From Abditibacteriaceae bacterium (GTDB lineage: Bacteria > Armatimonadota > Abditibacteriia > Abditibacteriales > Abditibacteriaceae), in assembly GCA_965277285.1 (NCBI GenBank), contig OZ255721.1:2208001-2272000 (forward strand): a DNA stretch of 64,000 bases, given 5' to 3'. The notes under the pieces were generated by a model. That model was not told the DNA's origin. It ran no database searches and worked only from the letters and a program-made list of their open reading frames with translations. Positions 20,566-30,948 of the stretch are shown one piece after another. How positions within the stretch are numbered: position 1 is the first letter of the stretch; each line of letters starts with the position of its first letter. The position numbers and the translations under genes are program-made.

Positions 20566-22635
20566 ATGGCAAGTTCCGAGGCTTATTTGCTGATAGAGGA
20601 CAATGACGTATCCGTGGAAGGCGCATTAAGACTGGCGCGCGAGCTTGCTTTTGCCATTGGAGAATCTGCAAGCGAGCACGAAGCGCTGGGCACTGTTCTG
20701 GCGCGTGTTTGTCGCGCCACCAACTGGCAACTGGGCCAGGCTTGGACTTGGAACGACGACGGCTTGCACTGCAGCCCAGCCTGGTATTGCGACACAGATA
20801 TTGTCCCAAAGGTTGGCACGCTCCGCCAGTTGAGCCTGGATTTGGTGCTGGCGCCGGGCATCAGTTTACCGGGTCTGGTCTGGCAAACGCGTCAAGCCGC
20901 GTGGGACAACCACGGCGACGAGTACCGTTACAAGCAACTGCGGAGTCGTCAATTGGTGCATGATGCAGGATTGCGCGCCTGCTTTGCCGTGCCAGTTGCG
21001 GCAGGCGACGAAATGGTCGCCGTATTGGAGTTTTTCTCGGTCGAAGCTCACCCCGAAAATCCCCATTTGTTGCGTCTCATTTCGGCGATTGCGGTGCAAC
21101 TGGGTTCGCTGCTGTTGCGCAAGCGCGCCGAAGCGGCCTTGCGCGAAAGTGAAGCCGAATTGCAAGCCTTGATGTGCGCCATTAACGACCTAGTTCTCGT
21201 GCTGGATAAAGAAGGCCGCTACCTCAAAGTTGCTTCGACTCATAACGAACTTTTATATCAGCCTGCCTCGGAAATCCTGGGCAAAACGCTGCATGAGGTG
21301 TTGCCAGGTGATCTGGCCACCCAATTTATGCAAGTAATTGAGCGGGCTTTGCACACGCATCGCACCGTTGAAATCGAGTACTCGATGCAGGTCGGAGAAG
21401 AAATGCTGTGGTTCAGCGCCCATATTTCGCCAATGAGCGATGAACGCGTGGTGTGGGTGGCGCGCGACATCACAGAGCGCAAAAGAGCCGAGGTCGCGCT
21501 GGCGCAAGCCGAAAAACGTTATCGCAGCATTTTCGAGAACGCTATCGAAGGCATTTTTCAAACCGATGCGCAGGGTCGTTATCTCAGCGCGAATCCTGCT
21601 TTGGCACACCTTTATGGCTACGATTCGCCCGCCGAATTGATGAAAGAACTGACCGATATTTCTCATCAGCTTTATCTGGAGCCTGGGCGCCGCGAAGAGT
21701 TCGTGCGGCTTTTGGCGCGTCATGAGCGCGTTTCCAAGTTTGAATCGCCAGTGCGTCGCAAAGATGGAACAGCCATTTGGATTTCGGAAAATGCGCGCAC
21801 CGTGCGCGACGAAAACGGCACCTTGATGTATTACGAAGGAAGCGTCGAAGACATCACAGAGCGCAAATATCAACAGCGCCAATTTGAAGACCAGCAAACG
21901 CGCTTACAAGAAATCAATGTCCAGTTGCAAGTTTTGGCCACAGTGGACGGCCTGACAGGTTTGAAAAATCATCGCGCGCTGCAAGATGCCTTGCGCTATG
22001 AATGCGCGCGCGCCGAACGAGAAGGACACCCTCTTTCGGTGATGCTGCTCGATGTCGATGCCTTCAAGCCTTACAATGATACCTTCGGACACCCTGCAGG
22101 CGACGATGTATTGCGCCAATTCGCGCACATCCTGAAAACAAACGCGCGTGGAACCGACTTTGTGGCGCGCTATGGCGGCGAAGAGTTTGTCGCCATCTTG
22201 CCTCACACAGGCCGCACTGCCGCTTACGAATGCGCAGAACGCTTCCGAAACGCCATCCAAAACGCATCTTGGCCAATGCGTGCAATCACCGCCAGTTTCG
22301 GCGTCGCCACCTTCGACAGCGCCACCGCCAATGAGCCAATCACGGGAAATGTTGTAACAAACGACGTTGTAACAAACGACGTTGTAACAAACGACGTTGT
22401 AACAAACGACGTTGTAACAAACGACGTTGTAACAAACGACGTTGTAACAAACGACGTTGTAACGAATGACGTTGTAACGAATGATGAAACGGCCAGCAAC
22501 GGAACAAGCGTAATAGACGGCGAACCGTACAGCAATTCTCGTTCGGCCAGTCTGCTTTCTCAAGCCGACAAAGCGCTTTACTTGTCGAAAACCAATGGCC
22601 GCAACCGCACCACGCACGCCGACAACCTTAATTAA
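20566..22635 (+). CDS. GAF-PAS-PAS-GGDEF diguanylate cyclase
   Basis: GAF-like N-terminus, RDITERK PAS junctions, DGLTGL, RYGGEEF, ADKALYLSKTNGRN. Confidence 0.93.
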   Translation: MASSEAYLLIEDNDVSVEGALRLARELAFAIGESASEHEALGTVLARVCRATNWQLGQAWTWNDDGLHCSPAWYCDTDIVPKVGTLRQLSLDLVLAPGISLPGLVWQTRQAAWDNHGDEYRYKQLRSRQLVHDAGLRACFAVPVAAGDEMVAVLEFFSVEAHPENPHLLRLISAIAVQLGSLLLRKRAEAALRESEAELQALMCAINDLVLVLDKEGRYLKVASTHNELLYQPASEILGKTLHEVLPGDLATQFMQVIERALHTHRTVEIEYSMQVGEEMLWFSAHISPMSDERVVWVARDITERKRAEVALAQAEKRYRSIFENAIEGIFQTDAQGRYLSANPALAHLYGYDSPAELMKELTDISHQLYLEPGRREEFVRLLARHERVSKFESPVRRKDGTAIWISENARTVRDENGTLMYYEGSVEDITERKYQQRQFEDQQTRLQEINVQLQVLATVDGLTGLKNHRALQDALRYECARAEREGHPLSVMLLDVDAFKPYNDTFGHPAGDDVLRQFAHILKTNARGTDFVARYGGEEFVAILPHTGRTAAYECAERFRNAIQNASWPMRAITASFGVATFDSATANEPITGNVVTNDVVTNDVVTNDVVTNDVVTNDVVTNDVVTNDVVTNDVVTNDETASNGTSVIDGEPYSNSRSASLLSQADKALYLSKTNGRNRTTHADNLN
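22351..22485 (+). repeat. In-frame 15-bp tandem repeat (VVTND) x9 inside the GGDEF domain
   Basis: GTTGTAACAAACGAC x7 plus 2 variant units. Confidence 0.95.
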
Positions 22636-22879
22636 CCCAGGTTGCCACCTAACTATTGCCTGCGAGTGAACTCGCGGCTCAACCGCCTGCGGCTCAACCG
22701 CCTGCGGCTCAACCGCCTGCGGCGGCAGCGGCGGCCTGCGCCGACGCAACATTGAATGCATTCGGGCGTCGGCGCAGGCCTATGCACCGGCGGAAGCACC
22801 TGCCCAAAGCGCACCCGAGCCGCGAATCAGGTAGCAACTTGGGTTAAGTAACTCGTGATGTGAATTTGTTTAGTTCTTA

Positions 22880-23719
22880 GAGGGTGTAGAGAAAGTTAGT
22901 AGGTTCTGTTGAGCATGAGAGCGATCATAACGATATGGATCCAAGCCTGGCTGCTTTTGGGATTTTGCTCGTAGTCCTTGCTCAAGCGCCGCCATTTGTT
23001 CCACCAACCGAAGGTTCGCTCCACGACCCAACGTCTGGGCAAAACTTCAAAGCCTTTAGGGTGTTGCTTGCTTTTGCTCACGATCTCGAGGTCGACGCCA
23101 TGCCGCTGCTTGACCCATTGAGCGAACTCTGGGCCGCTGTAACCGGCATCCGCCCACATCTTCTTCAAGCGTCCCGAAGGAAAGCGCAACTGCTCCAGCA
23201 GCATACGCGCTCCTTCTCGTTCGGGGATGTGAGCCGGATGTCCTAGCACCTGCAGGAGCCTTCCCGCGCTGTCAACTAGCAGATGGCGCTTGCGACCGTT
23301 TACTTTCTTGGCTGCGTCGAAGCCTTTTGGCCCCCTTTTTCCGTAGTCTTGACGCTCTGGCTATCGAGAATCGCGGCGCTGGGTGCCACCTGACGACCAG
23401 ATAAATGACGATCCTGAGTTCGTAAAGCAGTGTGAAGATGTTCCAGCGTTCCGTTGTCACGCCAACGCCTGAAGTGATCCCACACTACGGCCCAGGGAGG
23501 AAACTCATGCGGCAAAGACCGCCAGGAGCAACCGGTGCGAGCTTGATACAGCAGAGCATTGACCACTTCTCGCAACTCGTGGCGGCGTGGCCTGCCACTG
23601 CGCCCGTTCTTGGGAGCTGGAAAGACCGCTTGCAGACGCTGCCACTGCGCGTCGCTTAAATCACTTGGATAGGCTTTGCGTTTCACGACCAAAGTCTATA
23701 ATACTTTCTCTACACTCTC
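22880..23719 (-). mobile_element. IS5-family insertion sequence (two-ORF frameshift type)
   Basis: TIRs GAGGGTGTAGAGAAAGT / ACTTTCTCTACACTCTC (16/17 match), flanked by TA; orfA 23300-23692 (YPSDLSDAQW...[10 protein letters not shown]), AAAAAGGGGG slippery site, orfB to 22896 ([13 protein letters not shown]). Confidence 0.93.
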
Positions 23720-24068
23720 TAAAACATATTTTTGGCGTTGTTTCCTTTGATTTTATCTACAGCAAAGCAGAGGTTCTCAACAGGAGAATGCCTTCTTTTC
23801 CTCTTCTTGACAACGATTTTTCCCATCGATTTGGGCATTAACAGCGTATGAAACGACGCGCTATATTTTTACAACTTAAACCTGAAGAATATTGGTTAAA
23901 CAAAGAGGAAATCGAGTACTCGACGAGAGCGCTTTTGCGCATGGAATTGGCAGGTTTTGGCGTCGTGACATTCTATAACTTTTTTACAGGATGTTTCAAA
24001 AGGGTAGACATACTCTTGAGTATGCAAAAAGCAGTTTGACTAATAATTCAAAGCTGGGAGTTCAGAAA

Positions 24069-24500
24069 ATGGACATCAAAAGGAACGGCTCACAGCCTTC
24101 TGGCAAAGGGCCGGACGAGTATTTTACCGGCACCGTGCGTGTTGATCCTCTTTTCAAAGCCGACGAACCTGCACGAGTCGTCGGCGCATCTGTCACCTTC
24201 GAGCCTGGCGCTCGGACAGCGTGGCACACTCACCCGCTGGGACAAACTTTGATTGTGACAGCAGGCTGCGGCCTGGCACAGCGCGAAGGCGGGTCGATTG
24301 AAGAAATTCGGCCTGGTGACATCATCTGGTTCCCGCCGGGCGAGAAGCATTGGCACGGTGCGACATCCACGACAGCCATGACACACATCGCCATTCAGGA
24401 ACAACTCGAGGGCAAGACCGTTGAGTGGATGGAAAAGGTAAGCGATGAGCAATACCAGGCTGGTTTAAGAGTCAAATCAAAAGCAACGCTTGAAAAGTAA
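24069..24500 (+). CDS. Cupin domain protein
   Basis: [18 protein letters not shown]...HWHGA. Confidence 0.9.
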   Translation: MDIKRNGSQPSGKGPDEYFTGTVRVDPLFKADEPARVVGASVTFEPGARTAWHTHPLGQTLIVTAGCGLAQREGGSIEEIRPGDIIWFPPGEKHWHGATSTTAMTHIAIQEQLEGKTVEWMEKVSDEQYQAGLRVKSKATLEK

Positions 24501-24601
24501 CGCTTAAAAAGGGCGCGCCTTGATGTCGTGCTATCAAGTACCAAGGTGTTAATGCTCGTACTCTGAATGACTTTGCTGTCGCAGGCTGGAACAAACAAAG
24601 C

Positions 24602-24641
24602 CGAAGGGCCGCTAATCGAGTACTCGATTGGCGGCCCTTCG
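24602..24641. terminator. Hairpin between convergent genes, centred on the 12-bp palindrome
   Basis: CGAAGGGCCGCTAATCGAGTACTCGATTGGCGGCCCTTCG. Confidence 0.55.
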
Positions 24642-24680
24642 TATGCCTCATGCTATTTGTCACGAAGTGGCAAAGTCGCT

Positions 24681-26666
24681 TTATTGTGCGCGCTCAAGGC
24701 TGAACTGCTGCCAGGGATAACTATTGTCGGGATATTGCTGGAGTTTGGTGTTGTTGGCCGTTGAACCGCCAGGAATGTTCCAGCTCATGCCGTCATGCCC
24801 AAAGTAGAACTTGAACTTGCCGTTGGTCAAGGGAGTGATGCGAATCTTCTGATCGCCGACGTTGTTGGGATTGTAGTCCCACAAATGCGTGTTGTAGCCC
24901 GGTGCGGTCGAGCCATTTTGGACACAAAGCACACGGTTTGTCGCATTGAGGTTGAACAAGCCATAAAAACCATCGCCTTCGCTGACAAACTGCCACTGGA
25001 ACCAAGGATTGTTCTCCTGAGTATATTGGACGACGGTGCTGCGGATAGTGGTGCTGTGGAGAAGAGGGTTGCTGTTACTTCTGCCTTCACTTTGAACGCA
25101 GATGTACTTGCCGCTATCAGCGCGCACGAAGTAGTTGCCCCACGGCTGCAAACGCCATTTCTGCGCGGTGCTGGTGTTGGGTGTCCATTGTGTGACTTCT
25201 CCATTATCTGCTGTGCTGTTCAGGTTGTCGAGCGAGAGGCCACTGCGGACATTGCGAAGGTTGTACCAACCGTTACCGGCATCGACAAGATCCCATTGCT
25301 GAGAGGGATTGTTGCCGGTGTAATCCCACTGATACATTTGGGCGCCGGTACTTGTCGAATCCTGGCTGGGGCACAAGGCTTTCCCACTGACCCAGGAGAC
25401 AATCATAAAGTGGTCGCCGTTTTCTGTCGGCAATAAAGCCCAGCGCTGTTCCGCGCTGTTGTAATCGTAGCTCCATTGATTGGTAGAGGCGCCATTGGAT
25501 GTATTGCCGCCGATCAAATCGAGTACTTTGCCACTGCTCTGGTTGACCAGCATGAAATAGGGCTTGGGTGCTGTGTTGCTCGCAGGAACCACTTGAAGCG
25601 CCACCACAGAGTTGATGCAATCCCAGGAGTGCATCACGCCGGTCGGCGTTTGCTGCTGCCACTGGCACCAGGAGAGGTTATCGGAAGTTCGACGGACATT
25701 CCAGGCAGTGTCGGCATTGGCTTGCAGCCATCCCAGATATGTGCTTTGAAGGCTGCGATCCTTCATAAACTTGGAAATCCATCTTAATCCAATGGAGTTC
25801 AGACCGGAGTTGTTGTCGCCTCCTGAGCCGTACTGGGGCATGATCCGGTATCCCGTTGTGGTGTAATCTCCCATGCAGTCCATGGTATAGTCCGCCGCTT
25901 TTTTTGCGTTGGTCGTATCGCCAAGGTAGTTGGCCAGGCCAACAAATGTGCCCTGATTGTAGGTGCTAGCCCAGGTTCCAACGGAGCCGGAAGTACTCAC
26001 TGCATCCAGTACGGCACCGGTGGACGTGTTGTACAAATGCGTTTTTTCCCAGCTGAACAAGTTCTGGGCTTTGGTCAAATAGCTGGAGTCGCCAAGCGCC
26101 TGATAAAGGAGATAGGCGGCGATACCCGCCGGGCATTCGATGCAGGAATTGTAGCTATTGTTGTCAGTTGTCCAATACAAAGCACCCTGAGCAGGATCCC
26201 AGGCGCGGGCAAACATCATGTCGAAGTTGTTCTTGGCGATGGTGCGGAACGTGGTGTTTCCAGTGGCTTGATAAGCGCGAGTGTATGCGATGGTCGCCCA
26301 CGAAATATCGTCGTTATACATGTTGTTCGACCAATCGGTTCCGTGGGCGTTGTTGAACCCGTTCAGCAGAGCGGTAACCTGGCTGTTATAGGCGCCTCCC
26401 GTCCGATTGTTGGCGTCCTCGATCCCTTCGATTTCTTCGATCTCCTGCCAAAATCCGGGGTCACCGCCATTCTGGTCGCCCTGGATGAAAGCCGCTGAGC
26501 CATTGGGAAGCGAAAAGGCGTTGAGATAAGCGTTGACCGCCGTGTCCGAGTCGGCGCTGGTGAAGGCGCAAGCCCGCTCCGAGGCGCCTCCACTGAGGAG
26601 CAATACTCCCATCAGCGTTAAAATCATCCACGATCTTGGGACTTTCTGCACAATGTGACGAAACAT
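24681..26666 (-). CDS. Secreted GH76 (alpha-1,6-mannanase-like) with two C-terminal ricin/CBM13 modules
   Basis: Signal peptide, YNDDISW catalytic DD, TYNQGTF, QxW repeats. Confidence 0.88.
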   Translation of the reverse strand: MFRHIVQKVPRSWMILTLMGVLLLSGGASERACAFTSADSDTAVNAYLNAFSLPNGSAAFIQGDQNGGDPGFWQEIEEIEGIEDANNRTGGAYNSQVTALLNGFNNAHGTDWSNNMYNDDISWATIAYTRAYQATGNTTFRTIAKNNFDMMFARAWDPAQGALYWTTDNNSYNSCIECPAGIAAYLLYQALGDSSYLTKAQNLFSWEKTHLYNTSTGAVLDAVSTSGSVGTWASTYNQGTFVGLANYLGDTTNAKKAADYTMDCMGDYTTTGYRIMPQYGSGGDNNSGLNSIGLRWISKFMKDRSLQSTYLGWLQANADTAWNVRRTSDNLSWCQWQQQTPTGVMHSWDCINSVVALQVVPASNTAPKPYFMLVNQSSGKVLDLIGGNTSNGASTNQWSYDYNSAEQRWALLPTENGDHFMIVSWVSGKALCPSQDSTSTGAQMYQWDYTGNNPSQQWDLVDAGNGWYNLRNVRSGLSLDNLNSTADNGEVTQWTPNTSTAQKWRLQPWGNYFVRADSGKYICVQSEGRSNSNPLLHSTTIRSTVVQYTQENNPWFQWQFVSEGDGFYGLFNLNATNRVLCVQNGSTAPGYNTHLWDYNPNNVGDQKIRITPLTNGKFKFYFGHDGMSWNIPGGSTANNTKLQQYPDNSYPWQQFSLERAQ

Positions 26667-27074
26667 ATTGTCTCCTGTGTCCGCTTTGCCTACCGCGGTC
26701 TAACCACTTGAACTACGAACTTGAGCACCTGTGTAAATACACGAGCGCTTAGCAACCGAAGTCATTTTCAGTTTTTCAAACGAGTGATTCGTCGCGCTGC
26801 CTGTTCACTTTTCACTATAGAAAGAGGGGTCACAATATTATACCCGCGCAAAAACAATCTCACACATTGCTGGAGCGGCGATGGAAGATAGTCGTTCTGC
26901 CGTTTGCCATTTTATTACAGAAAGAGAGCGTTGAAGTCGACAGGGTTCATGGGTGAGAAAGCACAATAGCGAGTACTCGATTGGGGTACTCGCTGTTCCG
27001 TTTGCGATGGGGTGCTCGACCAATTGATGGGCGAACAACTGAGCCACTCAAAAGCTCGAGTTCTAAGCTTGATC

Positions 27075-27849
27075 TTACTGCCAGCTATGGCCCAATCCAG
27101 CAACTTGCGGATCGGGATTGATAAAGGTGCGGAAGGGAATGACGGATTCGATCTGTGTCGGGGTAGGATGAGGGAAATCGGGGATAACCGGACTACTTTT
27201 AACGTGGCCATCCGCAAAGAGGAAATTGTCACGGTTGGTGTGACGCGGCGTGCTATGGTCGGAGTTAGCAATCCGGTAAGTCTGGCAATAAAGTGAATAA
27301 TCCTCGTTCAAGCCGTTGCCCGTGCTTGTGTTGCTGGGCAGCTTTTTAGCATTGTTACCGCTGTTGTTGCCATCAGTCGCTAGAAGCAGCGTTGCAGACG
27401 ACACAATTTGCGCCGAATTCAGTAAGTTCACATAGCTGTTGACGAGGTAACTCGAAGCATTAGTCGAGATGTCGTCGGGACAACGATAAATGTCTGTGCT
27501 CTTCAAGAAAGGCAGGACGGCATAAGGCCAATATTGAACTTTCCCTGCACTGATCTGGTTCGATTGACCGCTATAATACCGAAGGGTACGTTTCGTCGTA
27601 TTCCTGTGTATATTGCATCAGCGCAATGCCGATTTGCTTCAGATTGCTGGAGCAACTGGATTTGCGAGCAGCTTCGCGCGCTTTGGCAAAAGCCGAGAAT
27701 AGGATTGCAGCTAGAATCGCAATGATAGCGATGACCACGAGCAGCTCGATCAGGGTAAAGCCTTTCTGCGTGCGGCATAGATTCAACTTCTTTCTCCTTA
27801 TAAAACGTCTCAGCGTTATAGGGGAGTCAGGGTGCATTGTTATTGTCAA
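27075..27849 (-). pseudogene. Prepilin-type N-terminal cleavage / DUF1559 H-X9-DG protein, frameshifted
   Basis: [21 protein letters not shown]...NLKQIG stops at 27571; another frame continues WPYAVLPFLKSTDIYRCP...HTNRDNFLFADGHVK; frameshift near 27580. Confidence 0.85.
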
Positions 27850-28033
27850 CAGGGAGGAAATCGCACCAAGAGTCGTTTCAAGGACGCGATCAAAGGTCGC
27901 TCATTAAACGTCGCTCATTAAACGTTCGAGCTTCGCATGATTCGACAACCCTTCGATAATCGCCACAACGTGCCTCACGCAAGGTCTGGTGAAGGAATTT
28001 GATAAAATCCCAAGCTTTCAGGTTGATTCGTTG

Positions 28034-28930
28034 TTAGGGTGCGGTGGGCAGTTTTTCCAAACCGATTCTGACTGCCGCAAAGCTTCCGGCCTGGACTTGT
28101 ACCGTTGCAGGAAAAGCACGCCAGGCGTATCCCTTCGATTCGGGGCGCACCAGATCGCTACCCGGGGAAGCAAAGCCTTTGAAGAGCAGCTTGTAAGTGC
28201 CGGGTGGCAGCACAAGACGAAAGAATCCCGAGTCGTTCGTCATCTGAATGAGTCCGACTTCCTTGCCTGCTCCATTGACCACCAAGTAAATCGGCATCGA
28301 GAACGCGTAGCCTTTGTCTTTATTAGGTTCAGCACGATTGGGGAGAGAAAAATCGATAGTGCCACTCAAGCCGGTATTAGCCGAATAACCTGCCGGGGTT
28401 TTCCAATCGGTTGCAGCAGTCATGCCGCGCACCAGCATCAGCACGACCCAACCCGCTCTGGATGCCGCCGAATCGGGTGCCTCGTCATAAATTCTGATGG
28501 TTTTCCATTGGCCGCCGCGCTCCAGACTTATATTCAGGCTGCCGCCAAGGTCGTCCAGTGCAGTCGGCGCTTTCAGATCAAGCAACCGTGACGACTTGAT
28601 GTAATCGGCCAGCTTTGCAAAGTCGCTCCAATCGAAGGTACCCGAAGTGCTGGGAATTTGGGTATCTCCCGCATCCATGCTGTCGCGCACGCTCAAACTC
28701 ACTCGGTGCGAAACAGTGCCATTGGGCCGCAACGTCCATGATTCCTCGGCACCGCCGCTGCGTCCTCCCTGATCACCGCCATCAATATCCACCTGAATTT
28801 CCGAGATAGCGACGGGCTTGTTAGCCAATGGCTTGACGAATTGTCGCCGATTCTTTTGGGGCGCGCCCTGAGCCGCTATGCTCATCACTGCCACTAAACA
28901 CACAACCCACACTGCTATGCCCCGCTTCAT
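28034..28930 (-). CDS. Secreted hypothetical protein
   Basis: AAGGAG RBS, signal peptide, C-terminal G.F...LPPGTY beta-sandwich-like motif. Confidence 0.7.
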   Translation of the reverse strand: MKRGIAVWVVCLVAVMSIAAQGAPQKNRRQFVKPLANKPVAISEIQVDIDGGDQGGRSGGAEESWTLRPNGTVSHRVSLSVRDSMDAGDTQIPSTSGTFDWSDFAKLADYIKSSRLLDLKAPTALDDLGGSLNISLERGGQWKTIRIYDEAPDSAASRAGWVVLMLVRGMTAATDWKTPAGYSANTGLSGTIDFSLPNRAEPNKDKGYAFSMPIYLVVNGAGKEVGLIQMTNDSGFFRLVLPPGTYKLLFKGFASPGSDLVRPESKGYAWRAFPATVQVQAGSFAAVRIGLEKLPTAP

Positions 28931-29326
28931 CTTCGTTCTCCTTTGGTTTGTCTCTCAGCGTAACTCCAAGGGCGTAGCGCCAAAAGCGTAACGCCGAAAG
29001 CGTAACGCCGAAAGCGTAACATCAAGCCTGTTTAGCGGAATTTTTGCTCGACAACTCACGTTGCATCGGCTTCATCAGGCACTCTTCTTCACGTTCATTC
29101 GCTTGGCGTGTTTTGTGATACCGCCCAGACCTCGCGCACGAATTTGACAAAAGTCGCGATGGTGTCTTCCGGTTCGCGGTCACTAGCGATGACTGGCACG
29201 TTCAGGAGTTCTCTTCATCAGAACAATCCTTCGTGATGAAGAGGCAGCAAATTAGACAGGCACGCTAATTTTCAAAGCCAAACCCGCATCATTGGTTTTT
29301 AGCGTATGGTTTTTAGCGCGATTTTC

Positions 29327-29545
29327 TCATTTCTTAAAATAGCTCGGTCGGTCGAGATCGGCAATCAGGCCAGGCTGCGTCGGCTGCCATCCCAATTGTT
29401 GCTGAGTTAGAGTACTCGATGCTGTGTCGGCGTTTTATAGATGGATTCCGCCCGCCACTTCGATGCGCTGCCCGTTGACCCCGTGCATTGCGTCTGACAA
29501 AAGCGAAGCCACTACGCCGCTGACGTCGCCTGGTAGCCCAACAAG
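29327..29545 (-). pseudogene. Two short SDR/oxidoreductase C-terminal remnants
   Basis: Own translation: ...VGLPGDVSGVVASLLSDAMHGVNGQRIEVAGGIHL* and ...ASSTLTQQQLGWQPTQPGLIADLDRPSYFKK*. Confidence 0.6.
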
Positions 29546-29549
29546 GGCA

Positions 29550-30446
29550 TGGACTCAGGACAAAAAAATCCGTTACGCCTCATGTCTTCCAGCAACTCGA
29601 TCTGCGTCGGGTTCCAGCCGAACTTCTTGCGGTTAAGAGCGCTCGAAGTTGGGTTGTCAAGGCCGACGAAACTCGCCATCCAACCGAAGTGCGCGCCCGC
29701 TTCCTCCTGACTCAGGCTGCGAACCGGAACGCCCAACCCTTCGCCGATGGTTTGCGCAATCGCGTGCATCGGCACGCCCTCTTCGGCGACGGCGTGCAAG
29801 CGCGTGCCCGGCTCGGCGTTCTCAACGGCCAATCGAAACAGGCGCGCCGCGTCCAAGCGGTGAACGGCGGGCCAGCGATTGTCGCCCTCGCCCAGGTAAG
29901 CCGCCACGCCCGTGCGCCGCGCGATTTCGATGAACATCGGCACGAAGCCCTGCTCGCCCGCGCCGTGAACTATGGCGGCAAGCGCACCGCGCTCGAACGC
30001 ACGCCGCGCGTGGCTGCGATCACCCTCTCTTCCATGAGAGAGCGCCCGGTGGCGGGCACAGAAACGTCCTGTTCGGTGATGATGGTGTGTCCGCGCGCCG
30101 CCTGCGCCGTTCCCGACGCGATGACGAGCGGTTTGCTCGTGCCTTCGAGCGCGCTCGCCAACGCCTCGACCGCTTGCCCGTCAACCTCGGAAGCCTCGGC
30201 GAGCGACACGTTGGCGAAGTCGTGAATGAAGGCGGTGTGGATCACGCCATCCGATGCTGCAGCGCCACTTCGCAGACTATCGAGATCTTCGAGCGAACCG
30301 CGATGCACTTCGGCACCAGCGGTGGCCAGTGAATTGGCGCTCTTATCCGAACGGGCGAGGCCCAGCACTTGATGCCCCGCGCCGAGAAGTTCTTGAACAA
30401 TGGCGGATCCGATAAATCCGGTTGCGCCGGTAACAAAAATACGCAT
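29550..30446 (-). pseudogene. NAD-dependent epimerase/SDR, frameshifted
   Basis: MRIFVTGATGFIGS...VRLPP then shift near 29970 to IVHGAGEQGFVPM...WPAVHRLDAA. Confidence 0.85.
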
Positions 30447-30461
30447 AATAAAGTTTCCTTT

Positions 30462-30816
30462 ATCGTAGATGGCGGCGCTGGGTGTTGGCTTGCGCTTGTC
30501 GAAGACGCGCAAGACCATACGTAAGTCTTCCACCATCGCTTCAAAGCAGCCCGCTTTGAGCCAGCGCTGGGTTTGTTGATACACCACGTCCCAACGCGGA
30601 AAGTCGTTAGGCAAGTAGCGCCAGGGAGAGCCGCTTCTAACCATCCACCGCAAAGCATCAAACACTTGGCGCAACTCGTGCTGGCGCTGCGGTGCGGTGC
30701 GTCTTCTTTCATCAAGGTCAGATAAGGTGCCACAAACGCCCACTCTTCATCGCTCACGTCGCTTGGATAACTCTTACGGGACATACACCAAGTTTACAAA
30801 AGTGCATAACACGCTC
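30462..30816 (-). mobile_element. Truncated IS5-family element (left end plus transposase 5' part)
   Basis: TA-GAGCGTGTT end; MSRKSYPSDVSDEEW..., 5-bp duplication frameshift near 30695, truncated at SAAIYD. Confidence 0.85.
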
Positions 30817-30855
30817 TAGAACATAATCGATCTTCTCGTCACTGAATTTTGTCTT

Positions 30856-30933
30856 CTTGATCTTCTTCCTATAAAGTAGTCCATTCAAGATGTTAGTATT
30901 TTGAATGGACTACTTTATAGGAAGAAGATCAAG
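30856..30933. repeat. Perfect 33-bp inverted repeat with 12-nt spacer
   Basis: CTTGATCTTCTTCCTATAAAGTAGTCCATTCAA ... TTGAATGGACTACTTTATAGGAAGAAGATCAAG. Confidence 0.9.
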
Positions 30934-30948
30934 TTTGTATAGCTGAAA

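Noticed and set aside
20158..20809. ORFs (GATF)n, (WCNL)n, (CTKG)n, (HQRL)n as real proteins, or the array as CRISPR
   Set aside because: They arise from a stop-free 12-bp tandem repeat; there are no spacers and no cas genes.
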